This document shows positions 40,046 to 50,278 of a DNA stretch of 64,000 bases, piece by piece (the first letter of the stretch is position 1; each line of letters starts with the position of its first letter). A model generated the notes under the pieces. The model saw nothing but the letters and a program-made list of their open reading frames with translations, did no database searches and had not been told where the DNA came from. A program made the position numbers and the translations under genes. This stretch comes from Candidatus Falkowbacteria bacterium (GTDB lineage Bacteria; Patescibacteriota; Patescibacteriia; CAIXNZ01), in the NCBI GenBank assembly GCA_963774955.1, contig CAVZGV010000003.1:320771-384770 (forward strand), given 5' to 3'.

Positions 40046-41591
40046 TACAACTAAGAAGCCTGAACCCAAAACATTTTACATTACCACAACCTTGCCTTAT
40101 GTAAATTCTGATCCGCATATCGGTTTTGCGGCGGAGATTGTGCGCGCGGATATTATTGCCCGCTATCAGCGGACTCTGGGAAAAGAAGTCTTTTTTAATA
40201 CCGGGACTGATGAACATGGCCAGAAAATTTATAATAAAGCCACAGAAGCAGGTCAGGAGCCACAAGCTTATGTGGATGAATGGGCAGCCAAATTTGAATT
40301 GCTGGATGACATGCTGGACTTGAGCTATAACAGTTTTATCCGCACCACTAATCCCGACCATGTCAAAGCAGCTCAGGAATTTTGGAAAATATGCGATAAA
40401 AATGGTGATATTTATAAAAAGAATTACAAAATTAAATACTGTGTGGGTTGTGAACTGGAAAAAAGTGACTCGGAACTGGTTGACGGTCATTGTCCTCTGC
40501 ATCCCAAACAGGAGCTGGAAATTATTGACGAAGAAAATTATTTCTTTGCCTGGTCAAAATATCAGCAAAAGCTTTTAGATATGTATGAGCAGAATTCCGG
40601 TTTTATTGTACCCCAGCATCGGCTGAATGAGATTAAGAATTTTGTCGCTTCCGGACTTCAGGACTTTTCTATTTCTCGTTTAAAAAGTAAAATGCCTTGG
40701 GGCGTGCCCGTACCCGGTGACGATGATCAGGTTATGTATGTCTGGTTTGATGCCCTAGTTAATTATATCTCCTGTCTGGGCTGGCCAAAGGATAAAAAAC
40801 AGTTTAAAAAGTTTTGGCCCGGAGTTCAGGTGGCCGGCAAAGACAATTTGCGCCAGCAGACTGCTATGTGGCAGGCCATGCTGATGTCTGCTGGTTTGCC
40901 TAACTCGCAAAATGTTTTAATTTTCGGCTTTATTAATTCCGGCGGCCAGAAAATGAGTAAAAGCCTGGGTAATGTTATTAACCCTTTGGAATTGGTACAA
41001 AAATACGGCACAGATGCCACCCGTTACTTTTTGGTGGCCGGACTGGCTGCTTATGAAGATAGTGATTTTACCTTTGAACGATTTGAGGAAAAATATAATT
41101 CTGCTTTGGCCAATGAGTTTGGTAACCTGGTGTCACGCGTCTTAGCTATGACCGGAAAATACTATAATTTTGAAGTGCCGAAGTACAATGTAGATTCTGA
41201 TAAATTTTTTATATTTGATCTTAAGACAGACTGGGCACAATATGATTTTTTTATGAAGAATTTTAAACTTGAAGAAGCTCTTAATGTTGCCTGGGACGAT
41301 ATCAGGCGCTGTAACGCCTATATTGATAAAAATAGGCCCTGGGAACTGGCAGCTAATAGCGACGATGAAACTTTACCTGATGTGATTTTTAATTTATTGG
41401 AAACTATTAGACAGATTGCCTGGATGATTTTACCGTTCATGCCGTCGGCCAGTGAAAAGATTTTGACTCAGTTAGGTTTTGATTTTTCTAAAGAAACTGA
41501 AAAGGGGATTGAAGAACTAAGAAAATGGGGCGGCTTGAAATTGGGGCAAAAGGTTAGTAAAGGGGAAAATCTGTTTCAGAGGTTAAACTAA
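40017..41591 (+). CDS. metG: Methionine--tRNA ligase
   Basis: FYITTTLPYVN, HIGF (HIGH-like), GTDEHG, YVWFDAL, KMSKS. Confidence 0.96.
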   Translation: MPKAKTVKPNTTKKPEPKTFYITTTLPYVNSDPHIGFAAEIVRADIIARYQRTLGKEVFFNTGTDEHGQKIYNKATEAGQEPQAYVDEWAAKFELLDDMLDLSYNSFIRTTNPDHVKAAQEFWKICDKNGDIYKKNYKIKYCVGCELEKSDSELVDGHCPLHPKQELEIIDEENYFFAWSKYQQKLLDMYEQNSGFIVPQHRLNEIKNFVASGLQDFSISRLKSKMPWGVPVPGDDDQVMYVWFDALVNYISCLGWPKDKKQFKKFWPGVQVAGKDNLRQQTAMWQAMLMSAGLPNSQNVLIFGFINSGGQKMSKSLGNVINPLELVQKYGTDATRYFLVAGLAAYEDSDFTFERFEEKYNSALANEFGNLVSRVLAMTGKYYNFEVPKYNVDSDKFFIFDLKTDWAQYDFFMKNFKLEEALNVAWDDIRRCNAYIDKNRPWELAANSDDETLPDVIFNLLETIRQIAWMILPFMPSASEKILTQLGFDFSKETEKGIEELRKWGGLKLGQKVSKGENLFQRLN

Positions 41592-41726
41592 AAGCACCAA
41601 ATTACAAATTTCAAGTTCCAAATAAACTCCAATAACCAAAGATTCAAAGCTCAAAGTTTGTTGTTTAAGAATTTGAGATCTGATATTTATTTGCCATTTC
41701 TTATTTGAATTTTGTGATTTTATATT

Positions 41727-42419
41727 ATGCAATTAAAAGAATTTAAATTTCAGAGCAAAAAATATAAAGTCAATCTCCGCGATCAGGCTGATCAAAGCGT
41801 GCTGGCGGAGATTTTCGATTTAAGGGAATATCGCAGCGCGGAAAATATCATTAAATCCGCTAATTTTCCTATTATTGACGCCGGAGCTCAGGCAGGTTTT
41901 TTTTCTTTATATTGCCGGGCTTTAAATCAGTCAGTTGCTATTTATGCTATTGAGCCTGAGCCGGAAAATGTCAAGGCGTTATCAAGACATTTAAAGATCA
42001 ATCGGATAGCCAAGGTAAAGATTATTCAACAGGCTTTGGCCGGTAAAAGCGGGAAAATAGATTTTTACGTTTCTGAGGATACGCATAATCATTCGCTGAT
42101 CAAACCGGAACAATTTAAGGCTAAAATATCAGTTGCTAGTACCAGTCTTTCAGATTTCTTGAAACAAAATAAATTAATTCGCATTAGCTTATTAAAATTG
42201 GATATTGAGGGAGCTGAATATCAAGTTCTCGAAAATTTAGCCAAAGATGATTGGCACAAATTTGAAAATATCTTGTTGGAATATCATGATTCAGCCGAAC
42301 AGCAACATCAGAGCCTGGCTGAATTAATCAGGCAAAACGGCTTTAGCCTGGAAATTTTTCCGTCACATTATGATAAAAAACTGGGCTATATGCTGGGTCG
42401 TAATAAAAAGAACAAATAA
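41727..42419 (+). CDS. FkbM family methyltransferase
   Basis: IDAGAQAG, AIEP, LKLDIEGAE, LEYH. Confidence 0.9.
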   Translation: MQLKEFKFQSKKYKVNLRDQADQSVLAEIFDLREYRSAENIIKSANFPIIDAGAQAGFFSLYCRALNQSVAIYAIEPEPENVKALSRHLKINRIAKVKIIQQALAGKSGKIDFYVSEDTHNHSLIKPEQFKAKISVASTSLSDFLKQNKLIRISLLKLDIEGAEYQVLENLAKDDWHKFENILLEYHDSAEQQHQSLAELIRQNGFSLEIFPSHYDKKLGYMLGRNKKNK

Positions 42420-42446
42420 TTTTGGAGGGTAAAAGGAGGGAAAAAA

Positions 42447-42791
42447 TTGAAAATACTTATCGTAGATGATCGAGTGACACGTAGACGTCAGCTTAGTTAT
42501 GTCTTAGGCACTTACCACCAGAAGATATTAAGGGCCCAAAACGGTAAAACCGCCATCACTCAATTTAAGCGCTACAAGCCGGATTTGGTCATAATTGACA
42601 CCAAAATGCCAATTATGGATGGTCCGACGTTGGCTACCCAAATTAAGGCAATTGATCCCCAAGCCCTCATAATTGGTATGGCCATGATTGAAGAAGGCCG
42701 TCAATATTATGAGCATTTTTGGAGAAAAGACGAGCCGATTGAGAAACTAATCTCAATGGTTTTGACTTTATTGGCCAAAAAATCGCCTTAA
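42447..42791 (+). CDS. Stand-alone response regulator receiver protein
   Basis: KILIVDD, PDLVIIDTKMPIMDG; TTG start with strong SD; terminator at 42777-42804. Confidence 0.8.
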   Translation: MKILIVDDRVTRRRQLSYVLGTYHQKILRAQNGKTAITQFKRYKPDLVIIDTKMPIMDGPTLATQIKAIDPQALIIGMAMIEEGRQYYEHFWRKDEPIEKLISMVLTLLAKKSP

Positions 42792-42864
42792 CCGGGCGAT
42801 TTTTGCTTTATTTAGCGTAAAATGATAAAATTTAAGTAAATTAATTGCCTAATTTTTAATATTT

Positions 42865-43734
42865 ATGAAATGTAGCAATTGCCAAAATGAAATAGTTGAA
42901 AATTTAACCCGTTGTAATTATTGCGGTCAAGAGGTTAAAATATCGGCTGTTACCCAGGCTAAACCCAAGAAAAACATCTGGACATCCTTGATTATGGTGG
43001 CTATTTTTATAGCTATCGGTATTTACGGCGGATTGTCTGATAAAGGCGCTCAAAAAAATGATGAAGGCATCAAATTGCTTGATTCAGGCAGCAATTATAA
43101 TCAGGCAATTGCCAATTTTGAGGAGTCATTAAAGAATTTGAAAGATGATGATGACCGGCTGACTGTTTTAAAAAATATGGCCTATGCTTACTGGATTAAT
43201 AATGAACCGGCGAAGGCAGCTGAATCTTTTAAACAAGCTTTGGCTTTGGCCAAGCCGAATTCGTCCGATTATTATCTGGTCTCAGGAGAAATTGCCTTAT
43301 TAGACGGTGAAGCCAAGGCAGCAGAAGAAAATTATCTGCAGGCCGTCAGTAAAAACCCTAATGATTTTCAAGTAAATTCTAGCCTGGGTATCTTTTATCT
43401 TGGTATTGATGATATAGCCCAGGAGTATGCTGATTTTCCCAAAGCTTTGATTTACAATAAGAAGGCCTATGAGGCCAACCCTGATTCCGAAATGACCAAG
43501 GAGAATCTGGCTAATAATTATTTCGTTTTGGGAGAATATCAGCCTGCGGTTGATCTGTTTTTAAAGACGTCATTAGCAAATAAATCATTTAATTGTTATA
43601 TGCTTGGCTTATCATATTACGGTCTTGAAGATAATGCCAATGCCTATAAATATCTCAAGCAGGCGGTGGATTTGGGTTTTGAGCCTGAAACTGAAGTGGT
43701 TGACTTTTTAGATAATTATCAAACGGAAATTTAA
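42865..43734 (+). CDS. Zn-ribbon + TM + TPR protein
   Basis: CSNC...CNYCG, one TM, TPR helices. Confidence 0.8.
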   Translation: MKCSNCQNEIVENLTRCNYCGQEVKISAVTQAKPKKNIWTSLIMVAIFIAIGIYGGLSDKGAQKNDEGIKLLDSGSNYNQAIANFEESLKNLKDDDDRLTVLKNMAYAYWINNEPAKAAESFKQALALAKPNSSDYYLVSGEIALLDGEAKAAEENYLQAVSKNPNDFQVNSSLGIFYLGIDDIAQEYADFPKALIYNKKAYEANPDSEMTKENLANNYFVLGEYQPAVDLFLKTSLANKSFNCYMLGLSYYGLEDNANAYKYLKQAVDLGFEPETEVVDFLDNYQTEI

Positions 43735-43741
43735 TAAAATT

Positions 43742-44755
43742 ATGCAAAAAAAACTAACCATCATTTTAATTATCTGCATTCTGATTATGCTGATTTTGTT
43801 TGTGCTGATAAAATTTACTCATCAGCCGATTATCGTTAATAGCCTCAGTAATTTTGCAGACTGCGTCATATCGGGTAATGCTATTTTGGAATCTTATCCC
43901 CGTCAATGCAAGACAGCTGACGGCCGAAGTTTTACTGAGGAAATTACGGATTTAAATAATATTAATGCGGAAATTGATGACTCCTGTATTGATAAATGCG
44001 GGGATGCCATTTGTCAGGAAATAGTCTGCTTAACGGCCGATTGTCCTTGCGCTGAATCCAGCGCGCTTTGCCCGCAGGATTGTTTGGACTCTCAGGTGAA
44101 GTATCAAAGTAATTTTATTAAAGAAGAAAAAGAAGATTATAGCCTGGATCTGGAATATCCGGTTATAACAATGGCTGATAAAAATAAGGCCACAATTATA
44201 AATAAAAAAATTAAATCCTTGATAGATAATCAGCTTTTAGGTTTTAAAAAGGATTTAATTAAAAAAGAGCCTGATATGGGAGCCAGTTTTATGGACAGCG
44301 GCTATGAGTTTTTTATGCTCAATGAAAATTTTGTCAGTTTACATTTTACTATGGTTACTTATTCTTCAGGCGCAGCTCATCCCATGAATTATTCTGTTAC
44401 TTTTAACTATGACGTTGACCGTGATAAGGAAATTTTCCTTGCAGAAATGTTCAAGTCCGGCAGTGATTACTTGAAATACATCGCTGATTACTGCAATCTA
44501 GATTTACAGGATAAATTGGGCGTTGATATATTTGCAGACGGTTTGTTGCCGGACAAAGCTAATTTTAGTACGTTTGCGCTGACTCCGGAATCTCTGATTT
44601 TCCTGTTTGATCCTTATCAGGTTGCGTCTTATGCTGCCGGACCGCAGCAGACCGAAGTATTTTACTATCAGTTGACTGATGTTATTAATGAACAAGGGGC
44701 GATCCCAAGATTAGTAGGGGACGAAAAATGGCAAAATATTATTAATCGTTATTAA
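43742..44755 (+). CDS. DUF3298/RsiV-like secreted protein with Cys-rich region
   Basis: GAAHP, FDPYQVASYAAG; ESYPRQC; CGDAIC...CPQDC. Confidence 0.8.
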   Translation: MQKKLTIILIICILIMLILFVLIKFTHQPIIVNSLSNFADCVISGNAILESYPRQCKTADGRSFTEEITDLNNINAEIDDSCIDKCGDAICQEIVCLTADCPCAESSALCPQDCLDSQVKYQSNFIKEEKEDYSLDLEYPVITMADKNKATIINKKIKSLIDNQLLGFKKDLIKKEPDMGASFMDSGYEFFMLNENFVSLHFTMVTYSSGAAHPMNYSVTFNYDVDRDKEIFLAEMFKSGSDYLKYIADYCNLDLQDKLGVDIFADGLLPDKANFSTFALTPESLIFLFDPYQVASYAAGPQQTEVFYYQLTDVINEQGAIPRLVGDEKWQNIINRY

Positions 44756-44772
44756 TAATTAATATTAATTTT

Positions 44773-45282
44773 ATGACAGTGTTTGATGTGATTTTATTAA
44801 TCATCCTGGGCGGTTTTACCATGTTTGGCCTCTGGTTTGGTTTTATTCATACTCTAGGCTCGGTCGTTGGTACTTTTGCCGGCGCCTTTTTTGCCGGTTT
44901 GGTTTATAACCCCATGGGTAATTGGCTGGCCCAGATATTCGGCAATCCCAATTTGATGAAGATTTTTGCCTTCATCTTTATTTTTATTATTGCTAACCGC
45001 TTGATTGGGTTTGGATTTTACGTGCTGGACAAGATTTTCAATTTTTTGACCATCATTCCGTTTTTAAAGTCCATAAATCGCTTGCTAGGAGGTGTTCTAG
45101 GGTTTTTTGAGGGCTTGCTGGTTATTGGTTTATGTTTATTCATAATTTCGCGTTTTCCGGTCTCAGACTGGTTTACCGCTGTTTTACAGGCATCGACCTT
45201 GGCCACCTGGTTTATCGGTATTTCGACCATTTTACAGTTAATGCTGCCGGAACTACTGAGACAGTTGAAATCGGTGATTTAA
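44773..45282 (+). CDS. CvpA family membrane protein
   Basis: FDVILLII...GLWFGFI, INRLLGGVLG. Confidence 0.85.
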   Translation: MTVFDVILLIILGGFTMFGLWFGFIHTLGSVVGTFAGAFFAGLVYNPMGNWLAQIFGNPNLMKIFAFIFIFIIANRLIGFGFYVLDKIFNFLTIIPFLKSINRLLGGVLGFFEGLLVIGLCLFIISRFPVSDWFTAVLQASTLATWFIGISTILQLMLPELLRQLKSVI

Positions 45283-45295
45283 GAATTTAGTTGTT

Positions 45296-46415
45296 GAAAA
45301 CGCTCTTTGTCATACCGGGTAAATGGTACCCAAACTGGTTGGTGAAAAGACAAAATTTCTGTTAAGGTTAGATTAAAATTGATACTTAATATTAAACTGG
45401 TTCAATATTATGAAAAAAAACTTGTCCAGATTGCTCCTCTAATAATGTAATTTTTTATGGCCAAAATGATTGCGGACGGCAAAGATTCAAGTGCGGGAAG
45501 TGCAATCGACTGTTTATTTTCCGCAATGCAAAGAATAAATTGAACCGCCAACTTAAATGGTTTAAATTATGGATAGCCGAAGGATATTCAGTCAGGCAAA
45601 TTTCGGGAATTAGCCACCACAGCAGGAAAACAATTAAGGGAATAATCAGTTATTGGCTCGCAAAATTACCGAGCCCTTTAAACGTACAAACCGGAATAAA
45701 ATATCTGCTTTTTGATGGTACATATTTCCACCGCATGAATTGCTTAATGCTGGCAATGAATAATGCCAATGGCCAAATCATCACAAATAGGTATTTAAGG
45801 CGTGAAAATTACTTTGCCGCCCTTGAGCTGTTCAAGGAGCTGTCAGATAAAGGAATCAAGCCTACAGCCATTACAATTGACGGTAATACTAGCGTAATTA
45901 GAGCCTTAAAGGACGCATGGCCGAATATCGTAATACAGCGCTGTATCGTTCATATCCAGAGGCAGGGATTATTTTGGTTAAGAATGCGTCCTAAACTGGA
46001 GCCATCGATACAATTACGCAAGATATTACTGGCGGTAACAAACATTAACAATTATCCGGAAAAACATAAATTTATTTCAGATTTTCATAAGTGGGAAAGA
46101 AAATTCGGCAAAGCGGTTTCAAGACTCGACTGTAACCACAAAGTCTTTAGTGATTTGCAAAGAACTAGAAGCTTAGTAATTCATGCCTTGCCCGACATGT
46201 TCCATTATTTAGATAATCCGAATATCGCCAAATCAACGAATAAACTTGAAGGATATTTTTCTCGTTTAAAAAGATTGTATCGCCAGCATTCAGGATTAAG
46301 CAAAGATAACAGAAACAATTACTTTAGCTGGTATATTCATTTCAAAAATCATTAATTCACCAACCAGGTTGGACCCCTTATACCCGAAATGACAAAAGAC
46401 AAAGGGCGTTTTCGC
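45296..46415. repeat. Composite palindromic element, copy 5, interrupted by an IS
   Basis: Left half GAAAACGCTCTTTGTCATACCGGGTA (45296-45321); right half TACCCGAAATGACAAAAGACAAAGGGCGTTTTCGC (46381-46415). Confidence 0.85.
45325..46377 (+). mobile_element. IS256/MULE-like insertion sequence with N-terminal Zn ribbon
   Basis: Imperfect TIRs ggtacccaaactggttggtgaa / ttcaccaaccaggttggacccc (18 of 22 match); transposase 45410-46355 with CPDC...CGKC, DGTYF, IDGN, QRCIVH, TNKLEGYFSRLK; the ATG is out of frame at an A8 run. Confidence 0.85.
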
Positions 46416-46428
46416 TCCAATTTCATAT

Positions 46429-47583
46429 ATGCCCAAAGAAAAAGGACAACAAGATGCAGAAGCGCAGGACTTGGCTATGGCCAGGCGGGTTTTGGGTCAG
46501 GCTAAGGAATTGGATTTGACTGAACAGGAGAAAACAGAGCTAATGGAATTGATTAGTCAGGCCAAGGAAAAAGAAAATGCTAATAATTTGGCCGCAGCCA
46601 TAAAATTATACGGGCAGGCTAGGGACTTTATAAAAAATATTAAGGAGAAAAGTAATTACGATAAATTTGAGTGCTTGCAGTCCTGGGAAGCTCATAAGGG
46701 CGTTGCCTGGTCAGTTTTGTTAAGTTCTGACCAAAAGAAATTAATTTCCTGCGGCAGTGATAAGGCTGTCAGAGTTTGGGATAGAAAAACCGGTCAATGC
46801 GATAAAAGTTTAGAAATGCCGGAAGGTCATTGGGGTATTGTCAGGAGATTAAGACCAAGCAAAGACGGTGAACATTTTTATTCTGTCAGTAATGATGGTT
46901 CCTGTAAAATGTGGGATCAAAAAAACTGGCAGTGTGAAAAAACTTTTGAGCCAAACGAAGAAAATCAGCCAGTGTGCACGGACGTTATTGAATTGGATGA
47001 TAATATTTTAATTTCAACCCATCTTTCTCTTAAAATAAAATTATGGTCTAAAAAAAGCGAAGCTAATTCGGTTAGAGGATTGTTTGGAGTTAACGAGGTC
47101 TATGGAGGTATTAAAATAGGAGAAGATTTACTGGCATTATCAACAGATAGGGGGGTGGTAATTTATGACTTAGAAGCTCGTGGAGTTCCAAATATTTTAA
47201 ATAATGTTGCCTCGCAGGAAACAGCTATCTTAGAAAGTGCTGATAAAAAATATTTATTTGTTGGCGCTCCTATAATTAAACCCAAGGGTGAGGGCAATTT
47301 TGATTTGCAGATTTGGGATAAAGACGGCTGGGATCTAATTGCTTCTTTGCCCGGTCACGAAGATATTATCAGAAGTATTGTTCAAACCCGAGATGGAAAA
47401 CATTTGATTACCTGCAGCGATGACAAAACAGTTAAAGTCTGGGATATTGAACAAGAAAAATGCATAAAAACTTTTGACATGGAAGATCATGAACCCAGAT
47501 GTGTTATTGAAGCTGAAAATGGAGACATTATAACTACCGGCAGGGACGGAAAAATAAAGATTTGGGGAATAAAAGAAAAATAA
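46429..47583 (+). CDS. Shared N-module + WD40 propeller protein
   Basis: LAMARRVLGQAKELDLT...; SCGSDKAVRVWD, GHEDIIRS, TCSDDKTVKVWD. Confidence 0.9.
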   Translation: MPKEKGQQDAEAQDLAMARRVLGQAKELDLTEQEKTELMELISQAKEKENANNLAAAIKLYGQARDFIKNIKEKSNYDKFECLQSWEAHKGVAWSVLLSSDQKKLISCGSDKAVRVWDRKTGQCDKSLEMPEGHWGIVRRLRPSKDGEHFYSVSNDGSCKMWDQKNWQCEKTFEPNEENQPVCTDVIELDDNILISTHLSLKIKLWSKKSEANSVRGLFGVNEVYGGIKIGEDLLALSTDRGVVIYDLEARGVPNILNNVASQETAILESADKKYLFVGAPIIKPKGEGNFDLQIWDKDGWDLIASLPGHEDIIRSIVQTRDGKHLITCSDDKTVKVWDIEQEKCIKTFDMEDHEPRCVIEAENGDIITTGRDGKIKIWGIKEK

Positions 47584-47584
47584 T

Positions 47585-48820
47585 ATGAAAAAAAATATTG
47601 AACAACCCAAAGATGAGGTGCAGGAACTGGCCATGGCCAGGCAGGCTTTGGATAAGGTTAAGGAACTGGATTTGACTCCTGAGGAAAAAGAAAAAGTGAT
47701 GGCTATGATTGATAAGGCCAAGGAGCATGAACAGAACAAGGAGCTGTCAAAAGCCCTGAATGTATATAACGAACTTCTGCGGTTATTGAAAAACAAAGAA
47801 AATATCGGCAATTTAGAAAAGTTAGTTAAATATGGTGACTTTGAGATTTTGTATTCGCAGGCGCAGGTATTATTTGCCTTGGAGGAAGAGATTGCCAAAG
47901 TTAAGAATAGTGTTGATCCGCTGGTCCATTATTCAGAATTGGTAATCAGGCAAATACTTATCGATAAAGGGCTTAAAGTTGAAGCCGGAAATGTAATAAA
48001 ATTAAACGTTAGTCATCTTGACATAGCAACTTTGCCGGACTTAAAATCCTTAGAAAAACTGGAAGATTTAAACTGTTCGTATAATAAGTTATCTGTATTG
48101 CCAGAGTTAAAGACGTTATCAAAAATTAAAATAATAAATTGTTCTTGTAATCAGTTATCTGAATTACCGGATTTAAGCGCCTTAAAAAATCTTGATACTT
48201 TGTTTTGTGACTCAAATCATCTCACTGTAATGCAGGATCTAAGCGCTTTAATTAATCTTAAACGATTAAATTTAAGTATTAATTATTTTAGTGGTTTACC
48301 TGACTTGAGCCACTTGACTAAACTGGAATTTTTGGACTGTTCAAGGAATGAATTAATTTATTTGCCCGATCTTAAAGCCTTAAAAAAACTGGAACATTTA
48401 GAATGTAATAACTGCGAATTGGTAGGCTTGCCGGATTTTGAAGATTTAAAAAAAATAAGAATATTAAGCTGCAGTCACAATCTTTTGTCTTTCATCCCTG
48501 GCCTTAGTAAATTGGAAGATATTGAAGATTTGGATTGTTCAAATAATCTGATATTAAATCTTGACGACGTTAGTTCCTTGGAAACGCTTGTTAAGCTACA
48601 GATTGAAAATAATAAAATAACTAGTTTGCCTGATTTATCCAGGCTGGATCAACTGGAAGTTTTAAATTGTTCTCGAAATAAATTATCCATCTTGCCCAGA
48701 GATTTAGTCGGGTTAGAAGATCTTAAAGAAGTTTGGCTGGGAGGCTGTATAGTGAATAGGACTGAAACTGAGGAAGAATTTGAGGAAATTTTACCGGCAG
48801 GATGTGAAATATATTGGTAG
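47585..48820 (+). CDS. Shared N-module + leucine-rich repeat protein (22-aa repeats)
   Basis: LAMARQALDKVKELDLT...; LPDLSxLxxLExLxCSxNxL repeats. Confidence 0.9.
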   Translation: MKKNIEQPKDEVQELAMARQALDKVKELDLTPEEKEKVMAMIDKAKEHEQNKELSKALNVYNELLRLLKNKENIGNLEKLVKYGDFEILYSQAQVLFALEEEIAKVKNSVDPLVHYSELVIRQILIDKGLKVEAGNVIKLNVSHLDIATLPDLKSLEKLEDLNCSYNKLSVLPELKTLSKIKIINCSCNQLSELPDLSALKNLDTLFCDSNHLTVMQDLSALINLKRLNLSINYFSGLPDLSHLTKLEFLDCSRNELIYLPDLKALKKLEHLECNNCELVGLPDFEDLKKIRILSCSHNLLSFIPGLSKLEDIEDLDCSNNLILNLDDVSSLETLVKLQIENNKITSLPDLSRLDQLEVLNCSRNKLSILPRDLVGLEDLKEVWLGGCIVNRTETEEEFEEILPAGCEIYW

Positions 48821-48890
48821 TTTGGAAAAAAGTACGAGCCGCGGAGCGGCATTCCGCTGCGTGGAAAAGTCCGAATTTATAATAATTTTT

Positions 48891-50261
48891 ATGCCCAAAG
48901 AAAAAATACAAGCAGATAAAATTGAAGCTCAGGAACTGGCCATGGCCAGGCGGGTTTTGGGTACTGTTAAGGAATTGCCGATGTCTGAGGCTGAAAAGGC
49001 CAAGCTTATGGAATTGATTGATCAGGCAAAGCAATTGGAAACAGAAAATAAGTTGCATCAGGCCATTGTGGTTTATAATCAGGCAGCCGGTCTGATGCGG
49101 AAAATTAAAGCCAGAAATGAAAATCAGGTTAGAACCAATCCCAAGGAATCGTGGGACTGGCAGGTCGGAGAAAAATTATTGTTGGATGACGAAGGATTTA
49201 TTGGCCCAAAAGGCTTTGCTCAATTTGATACCGCGGTATTTACTACGGACGGAGAAACTGTTTTGTGTGAAGTAAGCGACCAATTCATCAATTGGCTGGC
49301 AAAGAATGGTAAAACAGCTGCTGAAACAGTCTTTAAAAGTAAACAACTTGTAGCCAGTAATGATGGGCAGCATTTTGCCGCATTAGTTTTGAATACTGCA
49401 GACGGCGATGAAGACTTTTATGAGGTCGTCACAGATAAAGGCAAAGGGATATATAAATCTTCTGAAGCTTGCAAAAAATTGATGTTCAGTCCTGACGGAG
49501 AAAAATTAGCAGTCTTTGTGAAGGATGAGGTTTCCAGCCCCAGTGACCAGTATTATAAAATTGTTGAAAACGGCCAATTGCTTTTTCCCTGGATTTATGG
49601 CGATCCTTCAGACCCCAAAGATTATCGCTTGAAAGATATAATCTATAGTCCTGATAGTCAGAAACGAGCAGCTATCATTCATGGGCTTGGCAGTGACTTC
49701 AGTGATGCAAATGAGGTTTCAGAGAGTATTGTAGTAGATGGCGATAAAAAGTGGCAACCACAAGCAGCGACTTTGAAATGGCCGGTTTATAGCCCTGATG
49801 GTGAAAAACTGGCAGTAGTAGACCGTGAAGGTCAGATTATGGTTAATGAAAAATATATTGAAATTCTTTCCGGGAAAAAAGCCCTGAGTCCGCCGGTTTT
49901 TAGCCCCAATGGAGAAAAGATCGCTTATGTTGTTAGCCTGGACCCGAGAAAAACAAGTTTTACTTTAGCTGAGGATGATAAAATCAAATGGGAACATTCC
50001 ATGTTTAAAGAAATACGCGATTTTGTTTATAGTGATGACGGACAAAGCATTGCAGCTGTGGTAATAAATCCAAGCGAGGAAGCAAACGAAATTAAAATTG
50101 CGGTCAACGGTATTAATATTGATGACGATGAATATATTAATGTTAAACATTTAACCTTCAGTCCTGATGGACAAAAGATTATGTATGTGGGACAAAAAGA
50201 CGACGGTAAATATTTTCGGATTGTCAAAGATGTCAGTGATTATGCAAAAATTCAGACATAA
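48891..50261 (+). CDS. Shared N-module + TolB/WD40-like propeller protein
   Basis: Likely start ATG 48891 (MPKEKIQ); repeated FSPDGEKLA / YSPDG motifs. Confidence 0.85.
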   Translation: MPKEKIQADKIEAQELAMARRVLGTVKELPMSEAEKAKLMELIDQAKQLETENKLHQAIVVYNQAAGLMRKIKARNENQVRTNPKESWDWQVGEKLLLDDEGFIGPKGFAQFDTAVFTTDGETVLCEVSDQFINWLAKNGKTAAETVFKSKQLVASNDGQHFAALVLNTADGDEDFYEVVTDKGKGIYKSSEACKKLMFSPDGEKLAVFVKDEVSSPSDQYYKIVENGQLLFPWIYGDPSDPKDYRLKDIIYSPDSQKRAAIIHGLGSDFSDANEVSESIVVDGDKKWQPQAATLKWPVYSPDGEKLAVVDREGQIMVNEKYIEILSGKKALSPPVFSPNGEKIAYVVSLDPRKTSFTLAEDDKIKWEHSMFKEIRDFVYSDDGQSIAAVVINPSEEANEIKIAVNGINIDDDEYINVKHLTFSPDGQKIMYVGQKDDGKYFRIVKDVSDYAKIQT

Positions 50262-50278
50262 ATATATTGGATAAATTT

